From the NCBI GenBank assembly GCA_020696385.1, contig JAEHCQ010000002.1:96001-160000 (forward strand): a stretch of DNA of 64,000 nt, read 5' to 3'. A program made the translations under genes and the position numbers. Every line of letters starts with the position of its first letter. Positions within the stretch are counted from its first letter, which is position 1. Source of the DNA: Methanobacteriota archaeon. Its GTDB lineage: Archaea > Thermoplasmatota > Thermoplasmata > SG8-5 > JAGLSY01. The notes below the pieces were generated by a model. It was not told the origin of the DNA. It did not search any database and was given only the letters and a program-made list of their open reading frames with translations. Below are positions 37,800-48,222 of this stretch, in pieces.

Positions 37800-38777
37800 C
37801 TACCGCCAAACAACATCCACATCATCAGTACGAAATCTCTGATCCACCTTTGTCTCGCTGATGTCATGTGCCACCCCGGCCTGGTTCATCAACAGACCGG
37901 TCCAGGCTATCATGGCCCCATTGTCCGAGCATAGAGGACCGGGGGGAACGAACATAGTGGCATCTCTCTCACTGGCCATTATCGTGACCATTTCCTGTAA
38001 CCGCTTGTTCTGGGCCACACCTCCGCCCAGAAGTACTTCCGATGTGCCGAGATGCGCCATCGCCCTCTCGGTGACCTCGACCAGCATTGCGAAGGTAGTC
38101 TCTTGAAGACTATGGGAGATGTTTTCAATTTTGTGTTTATCCTTTTTGGACAGCGCGGCTGTCAAAATACCTGAAAAAGCAATGTCCATACCCTTGACCG
38201 AATAGGGCAGGTCAAGGTATTTGTCTCCATTCCTGGCCATCTTCTCAATGGTCGGGCCTGCTGGGAATGGCATGCCCATCTCTCGCCCGAACTTGTCCAG
38301 CATATTGCCGATGCCGATATCGAGTGTTTCTCCGAAAACTCGATATTTTCCATTGGCAAAAGCGATCACCTGGGTATTGCCTCCAGACACATACAAAAGA
38401 ACTGGATCCTGACAGCCGAACATTCCACGGCCAATTTCCAAGTGAGCGACACAATGATTCACTCCCACTATTGGCTTTTTCAGGGTGAGTGATAATGCCC
38501 TGGCCATCGTGGCCCCGGTACGAAGACACGGGCCCAATCCCGGACCTTGGGCGAAGGCCACCACATCGACTTCCTGCTTGGATATGCCAGCTTTCTCCAT
38601 GGCCAGCTTCAATACACCTGGACCTTTGTCCGCATGATGGTTAGCCGCCTCTCTGGGATGAATGCCACCCTGCTTCGGGCTGTACATGATGGTCTCATTG
38701 GCAAGTATTCGGCATTGATCGTCCACAATGCCCACTCCAAAGCTATGGGCGGTGGATTCGATTCCCAAGCATATCAT
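37800..38777 (-). CDS. kae1: tRNA N6-threonylcarbamoyltransferase Kae1/TsaD
   Basis: LGIESTAH, GGIHPREAA, GPGLGPCL, VNHCVAHLE, DNGAMIA. Confidence 0.95.
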   Translation of the reverse strand: MICLGIESTAHSFGVGIVDDQCRILANETIMYSPKQGGIHPREAANHHADKGPGVLKLAMEKAGISKQEVDVVAFAQGPGLGPCLRTGATMARALSLTLKKPIVGVNHCVAHLEIGRGMFGCQDPVLLYVSGGNTQVIAFANGKYRVFGETLDIGIGNMLDKFGREMGMPFPAGPTIEKMARNGDKYLDLPYSVKGMDIAFSGILTAALSKKDKHKIENISHSLQETTFAMLVEVTERAMAHLGTSEVLLGGGVAQNKRLQEMVTIMASERDATMFVPPGPLCSDNGAMIAWTGLLMNQAGVAHDISETKVDQRFRTDDVDVVWR

Positions 38778-38812
38778 TGGACTTGGATAACTCTAGTCGG
38801 TTAAAAAACTTC

Positions 38813-38931
38813 TTGAGAGTTTGTGGAGTTTGATGAGTTGGAGAGTTCGTAGAGTAACTCTAAGAACTCTATAAACTCCATGAACTCCATGAACTCCATG
38901 AACTCCATGAACTCCATGAACTCTATGAACT
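38813..38931. repeat. 9-bp tandem repeat (aactccatg) with an inverted degenerate arm
   Basis: Eight aactcYakg-like units at 38856-38927, preceded by about five ..gagtt units in the opposite orientation. Confidence 0.85.
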
Positions 38932-39182
38932 TATTTACCAATATTCGCTATATCCAGCATTCTGTTCTTGATATTGATCGCACCCTCGGTGGCGACATCA
39001 TTGTGAACGAGTATCGGCATATCCTTCTCTATAAGCTCGTAATAAGCTCCATGAGCCATACCATCCACCGTGGTCATATCCATTATCTGGACATCCAGAC
39101 CATCAGGTATCTTTCCCTTCAGATAGTCGCATTTCTGGCAACCGGGTTTTGTAAATAAAAGTACATCCTCTGTCAAGTGCAT
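38931..39182 (-). CDS. Glutaredoxin/thioredoxin-like redox protein
   Basis: LFTKPGCQKC CxxC motif; 83 aa. Confidence 0.75.
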   Translation of the reverse strand: MHLTEDVLLFTKPGCQKCDYLKGKIPDGLDVQIMDMTTVDGMAHGAYYELIEKDMPILVHNDVATEGAINIKNRMLDIANIGK

Positions 39183-39273
39183 CCCTCTTCAGAAGAGGTA
39201 TGTGAAAAAGGGATAAAAAGCTTTGGTTTTCCTTTGATTTTTCTTTCGTTTTTATGAGATTGTATCACGTATT

Positions 39274-39990
39274 TCAAGGTACCAAAAATATGTCCGCTTC
39301 ATCATCCATGAACACCTGCCAGCTTCCAGTTCCTGAATAGTACTGGAAGGTGCCAGTCACCCGAATCAATGAACCTGTATCGTGATCTCCAATCATGTCA
39401 TTGTCGAATACCACACATACCAATCTATGTGTCGTATTGTCATGGATCTCCTGGAGTTCAAATCCCATGCCTTTTGTGCCATTGGAATCCGATATGATAT
39501 ACGGATCCTCGATCGTTCCCTCAACCCAGACCGTCATGCCATCGAATATTTCAGGGGACAGGAGCAATTGATGGATAGGTATCAGAGCCTCGCCAGCAGC
39601 CTCTATCTTGTAAATATCATTGGAGGAAGATACCACTAATTCGAATACATCTTGATAGGTTTCTATAACCCCGGTGAACTGAAATACAGCCCCAGGAGAT
39701 GGTCCAGGCTCGTCATTGACATAGTCATTATAAACATCCGACTGTACATAAACAACAATGCTGGCATTGGTTTCTGGATCCACGAGTTCGCATGACATGG
39801 ATCCGTCCTCCATGATCCTCACCTCTTTTACAGTGCCACTGATCCTTGCAAGATAGCCCACATCCTCATGCCCGATGTCCGCGATATTCATATCCTGAGG
39901 TTCGATGGTCGCTGCATAAAAATAGAGAGCGATGACCCCGGTGACAGATACAGCAATGGCGAATGCCAGTAGCTTTCTATTATCCAGCAT
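39274..39990 (-). CDS. Membrane-anchored double OB-fold protein
   Basis: N-terminal TM; two OB-like repeats (ISGTV..G.IETYQ..FEL; VEGTI..GTFQYY). Confidence 0.7.
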   Translation of the reverse strand: MLDNRKLLAFAIAVSVTGVIALYFYAATIEPQDMNIADIGHEDVGYLARISGTVKEVRIMEDGSMSCELVDPETNASIVVYVQSDVYNDYVNDEPGPSPGAVFQFTGVIETYQDVFELVVSSSNDIYKIEAAGEALIPIHQLLLSPEIFDGMTVWVEGTIEDPYIISDSNGTKGMGFELQEIHDNTTHRLVCVVFDNDMIGDHDTGSLIRVTGTFQYYSGTGSWQVFMDDEADIFLVP

Positions 39991-39994
39991 GTGA

Positions 39995-41194
39995 TCAACC
40001 CAATCCGCGAGACTTCAACAGACTTCGAACCTTGTCAGCTAGCACAGTGGATGGAATGTCAGGAAGTGATATCAGGGTCGTCTTTCCAACATGACCCTTG
40101 CCAGATATTCTGAGGCTCAATAATCCATGACCATCCAGCTCCTTTAGATATTCCCAGAACCTGGTATGTGCCCGAGGAGTTTGTTCAAATTCCTCGGAGG
40201 CCAAAGCGTATGCCTTCTCAGCCTCACTGGTCGTGATATAGGCCTTGGATCTTATGGCCATGGATATCCCTAATAATGTCAGAAGTTTGTGATCGGACAA
40301 CGGGGTCATGATGGATTCAGTTATCACCGAATGTGTCATGGCTTTTGCAGATCTGATGTGATCCGGATAGATCATATCAGAACTGCCCTCACTGGCGATC
40401 ATGCCGGAATTCTCCAAAAGTTCTATTCCAAAACGGGCATCGCCCCATTCGGAAGAGATGTCCGCGATAAGCTCCACTGTATCATCCTCGATGGTTCCCG
40501 GATACAGGGCCAGTTCCACCCTGTCCCTTAGAATGTCCCATAATTGTTCCTTATCATAATTATCGAATTGGATCGTGTTGGTTCGCTTGAAAGTTGATAA
40601 TGTGGCCGGGTCGAGGAACTCGTAGATCGGTCTCTGGGATATCAGAAGAAGTGATAGGCGATGATCACCGCCCATATTCTCCTCGTCGAACCTGGATAGC
40701 GCATAAAGAAGATCTGTGCCAGATCTCTTAATCAGAACATTGATCTCATCGAGAACGACGATGAGATTGACATTTCTCTTATCGATGTGTTTTCTCAGTA
40801 TCTCCAGCATCTCCGTGGTCGAGAAGCCGCGATCCGGAAAGCCCTTGTCAAAATGATCGATTATTTTCAGAAGCACGCTGGCGGCCGTGTTCCTCGCACG
40901 GCAGTTGACCACCACGAACTCCAATCCCTTGTTCTTCTCATTGGCCCATTCCTTGAAATCAATGCAGAAACGCTTGGACAGAACGGATTTACCAGTACCC
41001 ACATTGCCTGTGAGAAAAGCACGCTGGCTCATATTTCCCTCTACTGTTTGGCGGAATATGGAGAACAGGCGTTGCATCTCCTTGTCCCTGTGCACCAATG
41101 ATTGTGGGACGAATTCAAAGGATAGCTTGGCTGGATCCTTGATTATCTTCTGCTGATACTCGTCAAAGGGAGGCATCTCACTCAACAATATCAT
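39995..41194 (-). CDS. cdc6: Orc1/Cdc6 replication initiator
   Basis: LVHRDKE, GNVGTGKS, VVLDEIN, GDARFGIELL, C-terminal wHTH. Confidence 0.92.
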   Translation of the reverse strand: MILLSEMPPFDEYQQKIIKDPAKLSFEFVPQSLVHRDKEMQRLFSIFRQTVEGNMSQRAFLTGNVGTGKSVLSKRFCIDFKEWANEKNKGLEFVVVNCRARNTAASVLLKIIDHFDKGFPDRGFSTTEMLEILRKHIDKRNVNLIVVLDEINVLIKRSGTDLLYALSRFDEENMGGDHRLSLLLISQRPIYEFLDPATLSTFKRTNTIQFDNYDKEQLWDILRDRVELALYPGTIEDDTVELIADISSEWGDARFGIELLENSGMIASEGSSDMIYPDHIRSAKAMTHSVITESIMTPLSDHKLLTLLGISMAIRSKAYITTSEAEKAYALASEEFEQTPRAHTRFWEYLKELDGHGLLSLRISGKGHVGKTTLISLPDIPSTVLADKVRSLLKSRGLG

Positions 41195-41306
41195 GCTTGT
41201 ATAAAGAATATTTCTTGATATGGTGATGATATAATGATTATGATATGATGATAAAGAAAAAATATGGATGATAGATCAATCATTGATATGATATAAAATT
41301 GATAAA

Positions 41307-41546
41307 TCAATCATTTATGTTGAGAGCTATCAATGTTTCGGTTGATTTGATCCCCTCAACAGCTCTCACATCATTCACTACTTGTGAGAGCATGGTGGCA
41401 ACATTGTCGCCAGTGATGGTCACAATAATATCATAGGTTCCAGTGACGACATCGACATGACCAATCCCTTCCAAGGTCTTGACTATATCGACCACTTCCT
41501 CCAAATGGCCAGTTCCCACTTTAATTAGAACGTATATGGTTTCCAT
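41307..41546 (-). CDS. Stand-alone Lrp/AsnC ligand-binding domain protein
   Basis: YVLIKV..G, VTGTYDII, GIKSTETLI; start METIY at 41546. Confidence 0.85.
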   Translation of the reverse strand: METIYVLIKVGTGHLEEVVDIVKTLEGIGHVDVVTGTYDIIVTITGDNVATMLSQVVNDVRAVEGIKSTETLIALNIND

Positions 41547-41577
41547 TATCTCACTTCCAAACAGAATATTGAGATAA

Positions 41578-41748
41578 TCATTCCATGGAGATCGCGGTGC
41601 TTGGGCACTCGTCAACGCAGATTCCGCAATCAATGCATGAATCAGCATCCACTTTGGCGACATCGTTCATGGCGATGGCTCCTTCTGGGCAAGCATCGAC
41701 ACAGATACCGCAAGCGGTGCAATCTTCTGATTTTACAACAGCTGGCAT
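41578..41748 (-). CDS. 2x[4Fe-4S] ferredoxin (56 aa, absent from the ORF track)
   Basis: Manual translation MPAVVKSEDCTACGICVDACPEGAIAMNDVAKVDADSCIDCGICVDECPSTAISME; AGGAGG upstream. Confidence 0.93.
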   Translation of the reverse strand: MPAVVKSEDCTACGICVDACPEGAIAMNDVAKVDADSCIDCGICVDECPSTAISME

Positions 41749-42094
41749 ATTCATCCTCCTATACTATATTGAACTGAACCATGATATGATAAGGGGTTTA
41801 AATTCCTTGCGCATGGGTGTAGCTGATATTGTTACATATTATGACATACTATCATAAATATGCAGAAATATTTGATAAGTAAGCGGTTGCCGTAAGATCG
41901 ACATTAAATGAATGATTTACCGCAGCGAGTGTACCGCTGCGAATTTGATCTTATGGCCTGGAATGTGAACTTTCAGATCCGTTATAATACGATTTAATAT
42001 CTTTAGGATCTGATAGTTCGCAGAAGATTATTTATAATGCAAAATGGATAGCTTTCATGGAGCGAATTCGGTGTTCGTTTCGGAGGAGTAGAAC

Positions 42095-42343
42095 GTGGGC
42101 ACAATAGATAAGTATAGCTTAGACAGGTTGAAAGGAGCGAGGATCGAGATCTCTTTTGACTGTCCGCAATGCAAAAAACAGAGAATCGATATGATCGCGG
42201 ACGGTGATCTTGACTTCTGGGATGGAGTTAAGTGTAGAAAATGTGGCGCAAATATAATCCTGGATAGCTTCAGCCTCGCTGTCATCAAGGAGAATGGCAG
42301 ATCGGTAGCCAGTAACCCGAGTGAGACTGCGGCTGTGACCTGA
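42095..42343 (+). CDS. Small zinc-ribbon protein
   Basis: CPQC..CRKCG; GGAGGAG upstream of the GTG start. Confidence 0.7.
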   Translation: MGTIDKYSLDRLKGARIEISFDCPQCKKQRIDMIADGDLDFWDGVKCRKCGANIILDSFSLAVIKENGRSVASNPSETAAVT

Positions 42344-42481
42344 ATTAAGCATATATCGAGTCATTTAGAAGATAATTGACAATTTATCTTAGATAGAGAT
42401 GACCATCTCGATTTTTAATGACAATCTCGATATCAAAGGTTATCCGATAATCATAAGTCAGCGTAGTTGATACCATCAGCC

Positions 42482-43489
42482 ATGAGACTCTTGATCGAAT
42501 TATCCGGAGAACAGCCAGCCATGGCTTTGTCCGAGGCCATGGGCGCGTGCCGTTCTTTATCATTAGATAAAGCCACTGAACTGGTAGATCAAGATGCTGG
42601 AATGGCGGTCATTGATACGAACGCCACACCAGAGGATCTCGCTTCTCGTCTGGCTCTGTGCTGGAACATATCGGAGTATCTTTTCTCCTTCATGGATGCG
42701 GACATTGACGAGCTCTTCGGAGCAATGGATCTCGATGGTAGATCTTTCGCCATCAGGGTGAAAAGAACCCACGATATATGGATCCCCGAGGACAGCCAGC
42801 ATCTCATAGACAGGGTTGGCCAGGTGCTTGGAAAGACTGGCCATGTCGACCTTAAGAATCCGGATGTCACACTCAGGATCATCATGGGTAAAAGACTTCA
42901 TGTCGGTTTGCTCCGACATGAAATCGATCGCAAGAGCTTCGAGGCCCGGAAACCCAAGGATAGGCCCTTTTCCCACCCGATAAGCCTGCATCCGAGGTAT
43001 GCGAGAGTACTGGTGAACCTCGCGCATGTGCATGCTGGCGACAGGTTGCTAGATCCCTTCTGCGGCACTGGAGGCATACTTATTGAGGGGGGACTGGTCG
43101 GAGCTGAGATCATGGGCTCCGACATAGATGCGAGGATGATCGAGGGGTGTGAGATGAACCTCAAGCATTTTCTCGGTAAGGGGGGGGAATTCCAACTGCT
43201 CAAATTGGATGTGGCAGATATTGAAAAGTTCGGAAAGGTGGATGCGATCGTGACCGATCCACCATATGGACGATCTGCCAGCACTGCGAAAGAAGACGTG
43301 GAAGAGCTTTACATAAGAGCCTTCGAATCTTTTGTAAAGGTATTGAAACCTAGTGGGCGTTTGGCAATCGTGTTCCCCGATATGGAATTCGTGAAGCTGG
43401 CGGAAGAATACCTGAACCTTTTGGAGGTCCACGATCTCTTCGTCCATGGTAGCCTCACAAGGCATTTCTGTGTTTTCGAAAAGAAATAA
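42482..43489 (+). CDS. tRNA (guanine-N2) methyltransferase Trm11/TrmG10 (THUMP + MTase)
   Basis: RPFSHPISLHP, LDPFCGTGG, TDPPYG, VHGSLTR. Confidence 0.9.
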   Translation: MRLLIELSGEQPAMALSEAMGACRSLSLDKATELVDQDAGMAVIDTNATPEDLASRLALCWNISEYLFSFMDADIDELFGAMDLDGRSFAIRVKRTHDIWIPEDSQHLIDRVGQVLGKTGHVDLKNPDVTLRIIMGKRLHVGLLRHEIDRKSFEARKPKDRPFSHPISLHPRYARVLVNLAHVHAGDRLLDPFCGTGGILIEGGLVGAEIMGSDIDARMIEGCEMNLKHFLGKGGEFQLLKLDVADIEKFGKVDAIVTDPPYGRSASTAKEDVEELYIRAFESFVKVLKPSGRLAIVFPDMEFVKLAEEYLNLLEVHDLFVHGSLTRHFCVFEKK

Positions 43490-43498
43490 TTTGAAGAT

Positions 43499-45070
43499 CT
43501 AAGAATTACTCAGTTCCAGGGATATCGTAAGCTCCTTCATGAACTCGTCCTCAAGACCCTGCGAGTTCTCCCTGGCATAGACGCGAATGGTCACATTGCC
43601 AGCTGAATTTGGTGGTATGGTGATCTGCAGTGTGATATTGACCGTATTTTGAAAGCCTGGCTCGATGATCAATTCCGTACTGGGATCTGAATTATCGCCC
43701 TCAAGCCACATTGTGACATCTGCCAGACTGTGATTCGTACTGGTGACCCCGATGGATACATTGGAATTCACATTGCCATTGTATGATAATAATATCATTT
43801 CTGTTTCATTCGTCCATTTTGTGGGGGATGTGTATTTTTCAATGGATCTGGAATCTGTTAGATTATCGTCGATCCCTACCAGATGGAATTGCATATCGTA
43901 GTGAACTGGCTCATAGCTAAATGGAATGGGGACAAAGCACATCACGAGTATGAGGGCGGTCGCCACCCCCAGTGCCTTCCTCTTGCCATCCAATTTCGTG
44001 ATATCGTTCAATGGTGGCGGATGTCTCAGGCCCATCATCATTATCAGCATGGCGAAAATTATCCAGCCAGTGTACCACAATCCCAATATCAGCATGAGAC
44101 CAAAGGCCGCGTAACTGGCATACCTCGCTTTGTCACCCAGAACAGCCCGGGCTATATGTCCGCCATCTAACTGGCCAGCAGGAAGAAGATTAAGAGCGGT
44201 GACAAATATTCCCATCCAACCAGCGAAGGCCAGTGGATGGAGAACTATATCTTCGGGAATGAAAAGAAGGGTCCTGATCATGAGGAAGAAGGTGGACTCG
44301 CCTATCATCCAGGAACCACCGCTGGCATCACCGTAGCCAGCGGGTATGGAGATGTCCGCCGACAGGATAAGTCCTATCGCGGTGATCGGGATAGCAACGA
44401 GGAAACCCGCGATGGGGCCTGATATTCCGATATCCAGCAATGCCTTCTTATTTGGTATTGGTTCCCTGATACTGATAAATGCGCCCATCGTGCCCAGTGG
44501 GGGTATGAATATCGGGGGTACGGGGATGAAGAAGGGAAGTGAGGCGGCCACACCATGTTTCTTGGCAGCCCAATAATGAGCCATCTCATGCACGCCCAGT
44601 ATGAGCATCAAAGGCAGGGCGAAAAACACTGCCCCATTAGCCAGATTGCTGAAAGTGAATATATCCGTGTATGAAGTGAAGCCAATGGAATTCTCCGGGA
44701 TGAGGATTATCCAAAGAATCGCGCCTGCCAGTATGGTGGTGATGATAGTCGCGAAGAGCATGATGATATTGATATTCTTGCTCTTGAACTTCATTTCCGG
44801 TTGCTTCACGACATGGATTATGTATTCCCCACCCTTGTATTTCAGAATAGGTATGAAGTTACTGGATTTCATCTCCACCCGGAGGGCTTCGAAGCCACCC
44901 TCCAGTTTATCTGCCTCGATATTGCAGGACAATGAAATTGTATTGAACTCCACACGTACTTCGTATATTGGAAAATACTTGCCCACGATACCCTTGACTG
45001 TCTCAAGATCATCTGGAAAGCTTTCTGGCCTCGGTGGTGGAGGTAAATTGGACCAACTATCCATATACAT
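43499..45070 (-). CDS. Site-2 protease (peptidase M50)
   Basis: HEMAH, GPIAG, NLLPAGQLDGGH; C-terminal extracellular extension. Confidence 0.92.
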   Translation of the reverse strand: MYMDSWSNLPPPPRPESFPDDLETVKGIVGKYFPIYEVRVEFNTISLSCNIEADKLEGGFEALRVEMKSSNFIPILKYKGGEYIIHVVKQPEMKFKSKNINIIMLFATIITTILAGAILWIILIPENSIGFTSYTDIFTFSNLANGAVFFALPLMLILGVHEMAHYWAAKKHGVAASLPFFIPVPPIFIPPLGTMGAFISIREPIPNKKALLDIGISGPIAGFLVAIPITAIGLILSADISIPAGYGDASGGSWMIGESTFFLMIRTLLFIPEDIVLHPLAFAGWMGIFVTALNLLPAGQLDGGHIARAVLGDKARYASYAAFGLMLILGLWYTGWIIFAMLIMMMGLRHPPPLNDITKLDGKRKALGVATALILVMCFVPIPFSYEPVHYDMQFHLVGIDDNLTDSRSIEKYTSPTKWTNETEMILLSYNGNVNSNVSIGVTSTNHSLADVTMWLEGDNSDPSTELIIEPGFQNTVNITLQITIPPNSAGNVTIRVYARENSQGLEDEFMKELTISLELSNS

Positions 45071-45112
45071 TGATATAAAACGGGGTACTTAATAAGATTA
45101 TGCAAGAATAGT

Positions 45113-47824
45113 TTATTCATCCTTGGCTGGCTTCTTCTTTTTGGATTTTTGTGCCAGTTCGATAGCACGCTCTCTCATCTCTCTGGCTTTTTCAGGGTCT
45201 TTACCAGGGACTGATACCTGAGCGAAATCAGGCTTCCCACCACCGCCAGTCTTGAATTCCTGGGCAATTAACTTAGCTGTGGATCCACAGTCGATCTCTC
45301 CCGATGAATCAGTTATATAAAGGACAGGTGGTTTTTCTTCAATGTTCAGGGCTGCGAAGGAATTGGGATATTGAGATATCAACATTGAGGTGTTCTTTGC
45401 CATTGCGATTGAGCCAGGCACTGTAGTATTGATGTAAAAAGTACCATCCACTTCTTTTGCATTTTCTCTGATCTTATCAACCAATTCTGTTGAATCCTTC
45501 TTCTCATCCTTCTTCTGAGCCCTGGATTTCTCCTTCCATTCTTTGTGCATGTTCTCCACGGTCTCGGTGATCTTCTCATGGCTGACACCCAATATCTCAC
45601 TGGTGGTGGACACCGTATCATGATGAGTCTTCATCCATTCATACAGGGGACGGCCAGCAATGAATTCCAATCTTAGAACCCCATCCTGAATTCTCCTGGT
45701 TCTCAGTAACTTGATGGGGCCGATCTCAGTTGTTCGGGAGCAGTGAATTCCACCGCAGGCTTCCACATCAACACCTCTCACATCGATTATCCTCAGCTCA
45801 CGGCCAGGCACCGCACCGCCCTGGTACAGCCTCATACCGTACTTCTTCTCGGCATCGGTCCTGTTCATGATATAAGAATCAACTGGAATGTCCGCTATGA
45901 CATAGGCATTGGCCTTTTCCTCTATCTCCTGGAACTGCTCCGGAGTTAGGCTGGCATAGTGTGTGATATCCAATCGAGCCATGTCCTCGCTCTTGTGCGC
46001 GCCGCTCTGCCAGATATGGTTTCCCAGAACCTCCCGAGCCGCGGCATTTATCAGATGCACCGCTGTGTGATGGCGCATGAGCTGTCTTCGGCGTGGCCAG
46101 TTCAATTTTCCTGTAACTTCCATGCCTTCAGTGATCACATGGTCTTCGGTGTCGATCGTATGGACCACCACATTTCCTATTGCCTGAACATCGGTTACCT
46201 TATATCCGCCCAGGGTGCCAGTATCATTCTCCTGGCCACCGCCTTCAGCATAGAAATATGTCTTATCCAGGACTATGTCCTTTCCAATGACCTTGATGGC
46301 CTTGGCCTTGAAATCATGAATGTGGGAATCCGTGTAATATCCTAGCTCCGTGGGTGGAGCATCGATCTTCCGGATCTCGCCAGCATCCTCCTTTTTCTCG
46401 GGGGCCTCATGCCTTGTGGCAACAGCCTGGTAGAAATCATCGGGTATATCAAAATCATAACTGGCAAAGTCCTGGACCACCTCGGGATTCAGTCCATGAG
46501 AATCGTAAAGATCCACTAATTGCTCGGTGCCAAAGGTCTTGTTCTCGACCTTCATCTTCTCCTCCAACCTGGCAATCAGGGAGTGCCCCTTCTTCAAAGT
46601 CTCCTTATATTTCCTGGATTCCACCTCTACCAATTCCATGATGTCCTGGCCATTCTCCTTGAATTCCGGGAACTCTTCCTTGAAATAGTCAATGTGGGAG
46701 GAGACTATCTCCACCAATGGTATGTCAAGGTTCAGGGCGGTGAGGGCGCGCGTGGCCCGTCTCACCAGTAGCCTGGCAAAGTAGCCGGCCTTTACATTGG
46801 ACGGTACTATTCCATCATTGAGCATGAATGTGAGCGCGCGTGTGTGATCGCATACGACATAGATATTCTCCATCGGCTTTGTCTCAGCCTCCAACTGTTC
46901 GAGGGTCAGATCCAGTCGATTGGCAACCTGCTGTCTGAGCTCTCGCAGGCTACCAGTATTATCTATGTTCAATAGACCGGAAACCCGTGAGAATTCGCCA
47001 AGGATCTTGGTATCTGGCTTGATACCTGTGAGTGTTTTCAATTTATCCAGTGGTGGGCCGAAAACAGCCTCGTATGCACTGGATGTTCCCTGGGATATCC
47101 AGGACAATCTTTCCAGGCCATAGCCAGTATCGACCACCTGCATGTCCAGCTTGGTCTTATTTCCACCAGATTCGGCATACATCATGAAAACCAAGGTTGC
47201 CAGTTCGACACCATCTACCATGACCTCCAGACAGGGGCCAGAATTTCCACCGCCCTTCCAATCAGCCTCAATATAGCTCAGCCTGTCATCTGGAATTCCA
47301 AAATCCTCCCTATACAGCTTATCGCAAAGCTCGACAGTCCTGTCCTTGAAATAAATGAATTTGTCCTGTTTATTGAAGACATGATGAGCCATCATCTCGA
47401 ACATGGTGAAATGACTGCCAGTCCTTCCCACATTGTCTATGTCATTGAATCTGACGCATGTCTGGGATATCGTAAGTGGATTGGCTGGTGGTTCCACAAC
47501 ACCACTTATAACCCATGGTTGAAAACCATAGATGGAAGCCTGGGTGAAGAAAACATCGTCTCTCCATCTGGCAGTGATCGGATATCTCTTTATCCTTGTG
47601 TGATCGTGCTTTTCGAAGAAGCTCAAATACTTCTCCCTGGTCTCATGTAGCGAGTGTTTTTCCTTCGTGGGGGGATTGCCTATGAAGGAATACTCTATGC
47701 ACGGAGATTCGCCGCAAAGGTCCCTCTCGGTCCTGGCCCAGAAGAAGCGGCCGCACTTGCCGCACTGCTGCCTGATGAAGTCTTCTGTCTTGAAGAAATC
47801 CAGTTCGTACTCGCTCGCGGTCAT
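45113..47824 (-). CDS. alaS: Alanine-tRNA ligase (archaeal type)
   Basis: N-terminal Zn motif, ARWRDD, FEMMAHH, DTGYGLER, HTAVH editing site, CGGIH, GGGGK. Confidence 0.97.
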   Translation of the reverse strand: MTASEYELDFFKTEDFIRQQCGKCGRFFWARTERDLCGESPCIEYSFIGNPPTKEKHSLHETREKYLSFFEKHDHTRIKRYPITARWRDDVFFTQASIYGFQPWVISGVVEPPANPLTISQTCVRFNDIDNVGRTGSHFTMFEMMAHHVFNKQDKFIYFKDRTVELCDKLYREDFGIPDDRLSYIEADWKGGGNSGPCLEVMVDGVELATLVFMMYAESGGNKTKLDMQVVDTGYGLERLSWISQGTSSAYEAVFGPPLDKLKTLTGIKPDTKILGEFSRVSGLLNIDNTGSLRELRQQVANRLDLTLEQLEAETKPMENIYVVCDHTRALTFMLNDGIVPSNVKAGYFARLLVRRATRALTALNLDIPLVEIVSSHIDYFKEEFPEFKENGQDIMELVEVESRKYKETLKKGHSLIARLEEKMKVENKTFGTEQLVDLYDSHGLNPEVVQDFASYDFDIPDDFYQAVATRHEAPEKKEDAGEIRKIDAPPTELGYYTDSHIHDFKAKAIKVIGKDIVLDKTYFYAEGGGQENDTGTLGGYKVTDVQAIGNVVVHTIDTEDHVITEGMEVTGKLNWPRRRQLMRHHTAVHLINAAAREVLGNHIWQSGAHKSEDMARLDITHYASLTPEQFQEIEEKANAYVIADIPVDSYIMNRTDAEKKYGMRLYQGGAVPGRELRIIDVRGVDVEACGGIHCSRTTEIGPIKLLRTRRIQDGVLRLEFIAGRPLYEWMKTHHDTVSTTSEILGVSHEKITETVENMHKEWKEKSRAQKKDEKKDSTELVDKIRENAKEVDGTFYINTTVPGSIAMAKNTSMLISQYPNSFAALNIEEKPPVLYITDSSGEIDCGSTAKLIAQEFKTGGGGKPDFAQVSVPGKDPEKAREMRERAIELAQKSKKKKPAKDE

Positions 47825-47892
47825 TGATTGGGAGAATAAGAGGGCGTTAATAAAGTTAATTAGTAAGTTATGATAAGAATATAATAATATAT

Positions 47893-47981
47893 TGGTGCAC
47901 GAACCACAATTGGGAAAATAATAGGGTATGGTGTATGAACCACAGAATGGAATACACTGAGATATTGGTTAATACACCACA
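47893..47981. promoter_or_regulatory. Three TGGT-N6-ACCACA boxes, putative operator array
   Basis: tggtgcacgaaccaca (47893), tggtgtatgaaccaca (47929), tggttaatacaccaca (47966); spacing 36-37 bp. Confidence 0.55.
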
Positions 47982-48222
47982 TAACCTCTGTTGATTATTG
48001 ATTTTATTCGGTTATATGGTGTATTCCCCGGTTATAACCAAACTCCGTTTATATAGGATAATTGACAATTGTCATAATGGGCAGAATAATAGGCAGGAGT
48101 AAGAGGAGGCACCAAGACCTGACGGGCAATGAGTAGATAGTCGGGTCTAATATGACATAGTGAAGGGTCTATCCAGGTTCTTAACAGTGTCAAAGCCTAT
48201 TGGGTCACCCAGGAGGGTGCGA

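Noticed and set aside
38880-39158. ORF starting MNSMNSMNS
   Set aside because: Artefact of the 9-bp repeat; antisense to the redoxin gene.
41195-41306. Replication origin upstream of cdc6
   Set aside because: AT-rich with TGATA-like words, but no repeated ORB-like boxes could be identified. GC-skew or Ori-Finder analysis would be needed.
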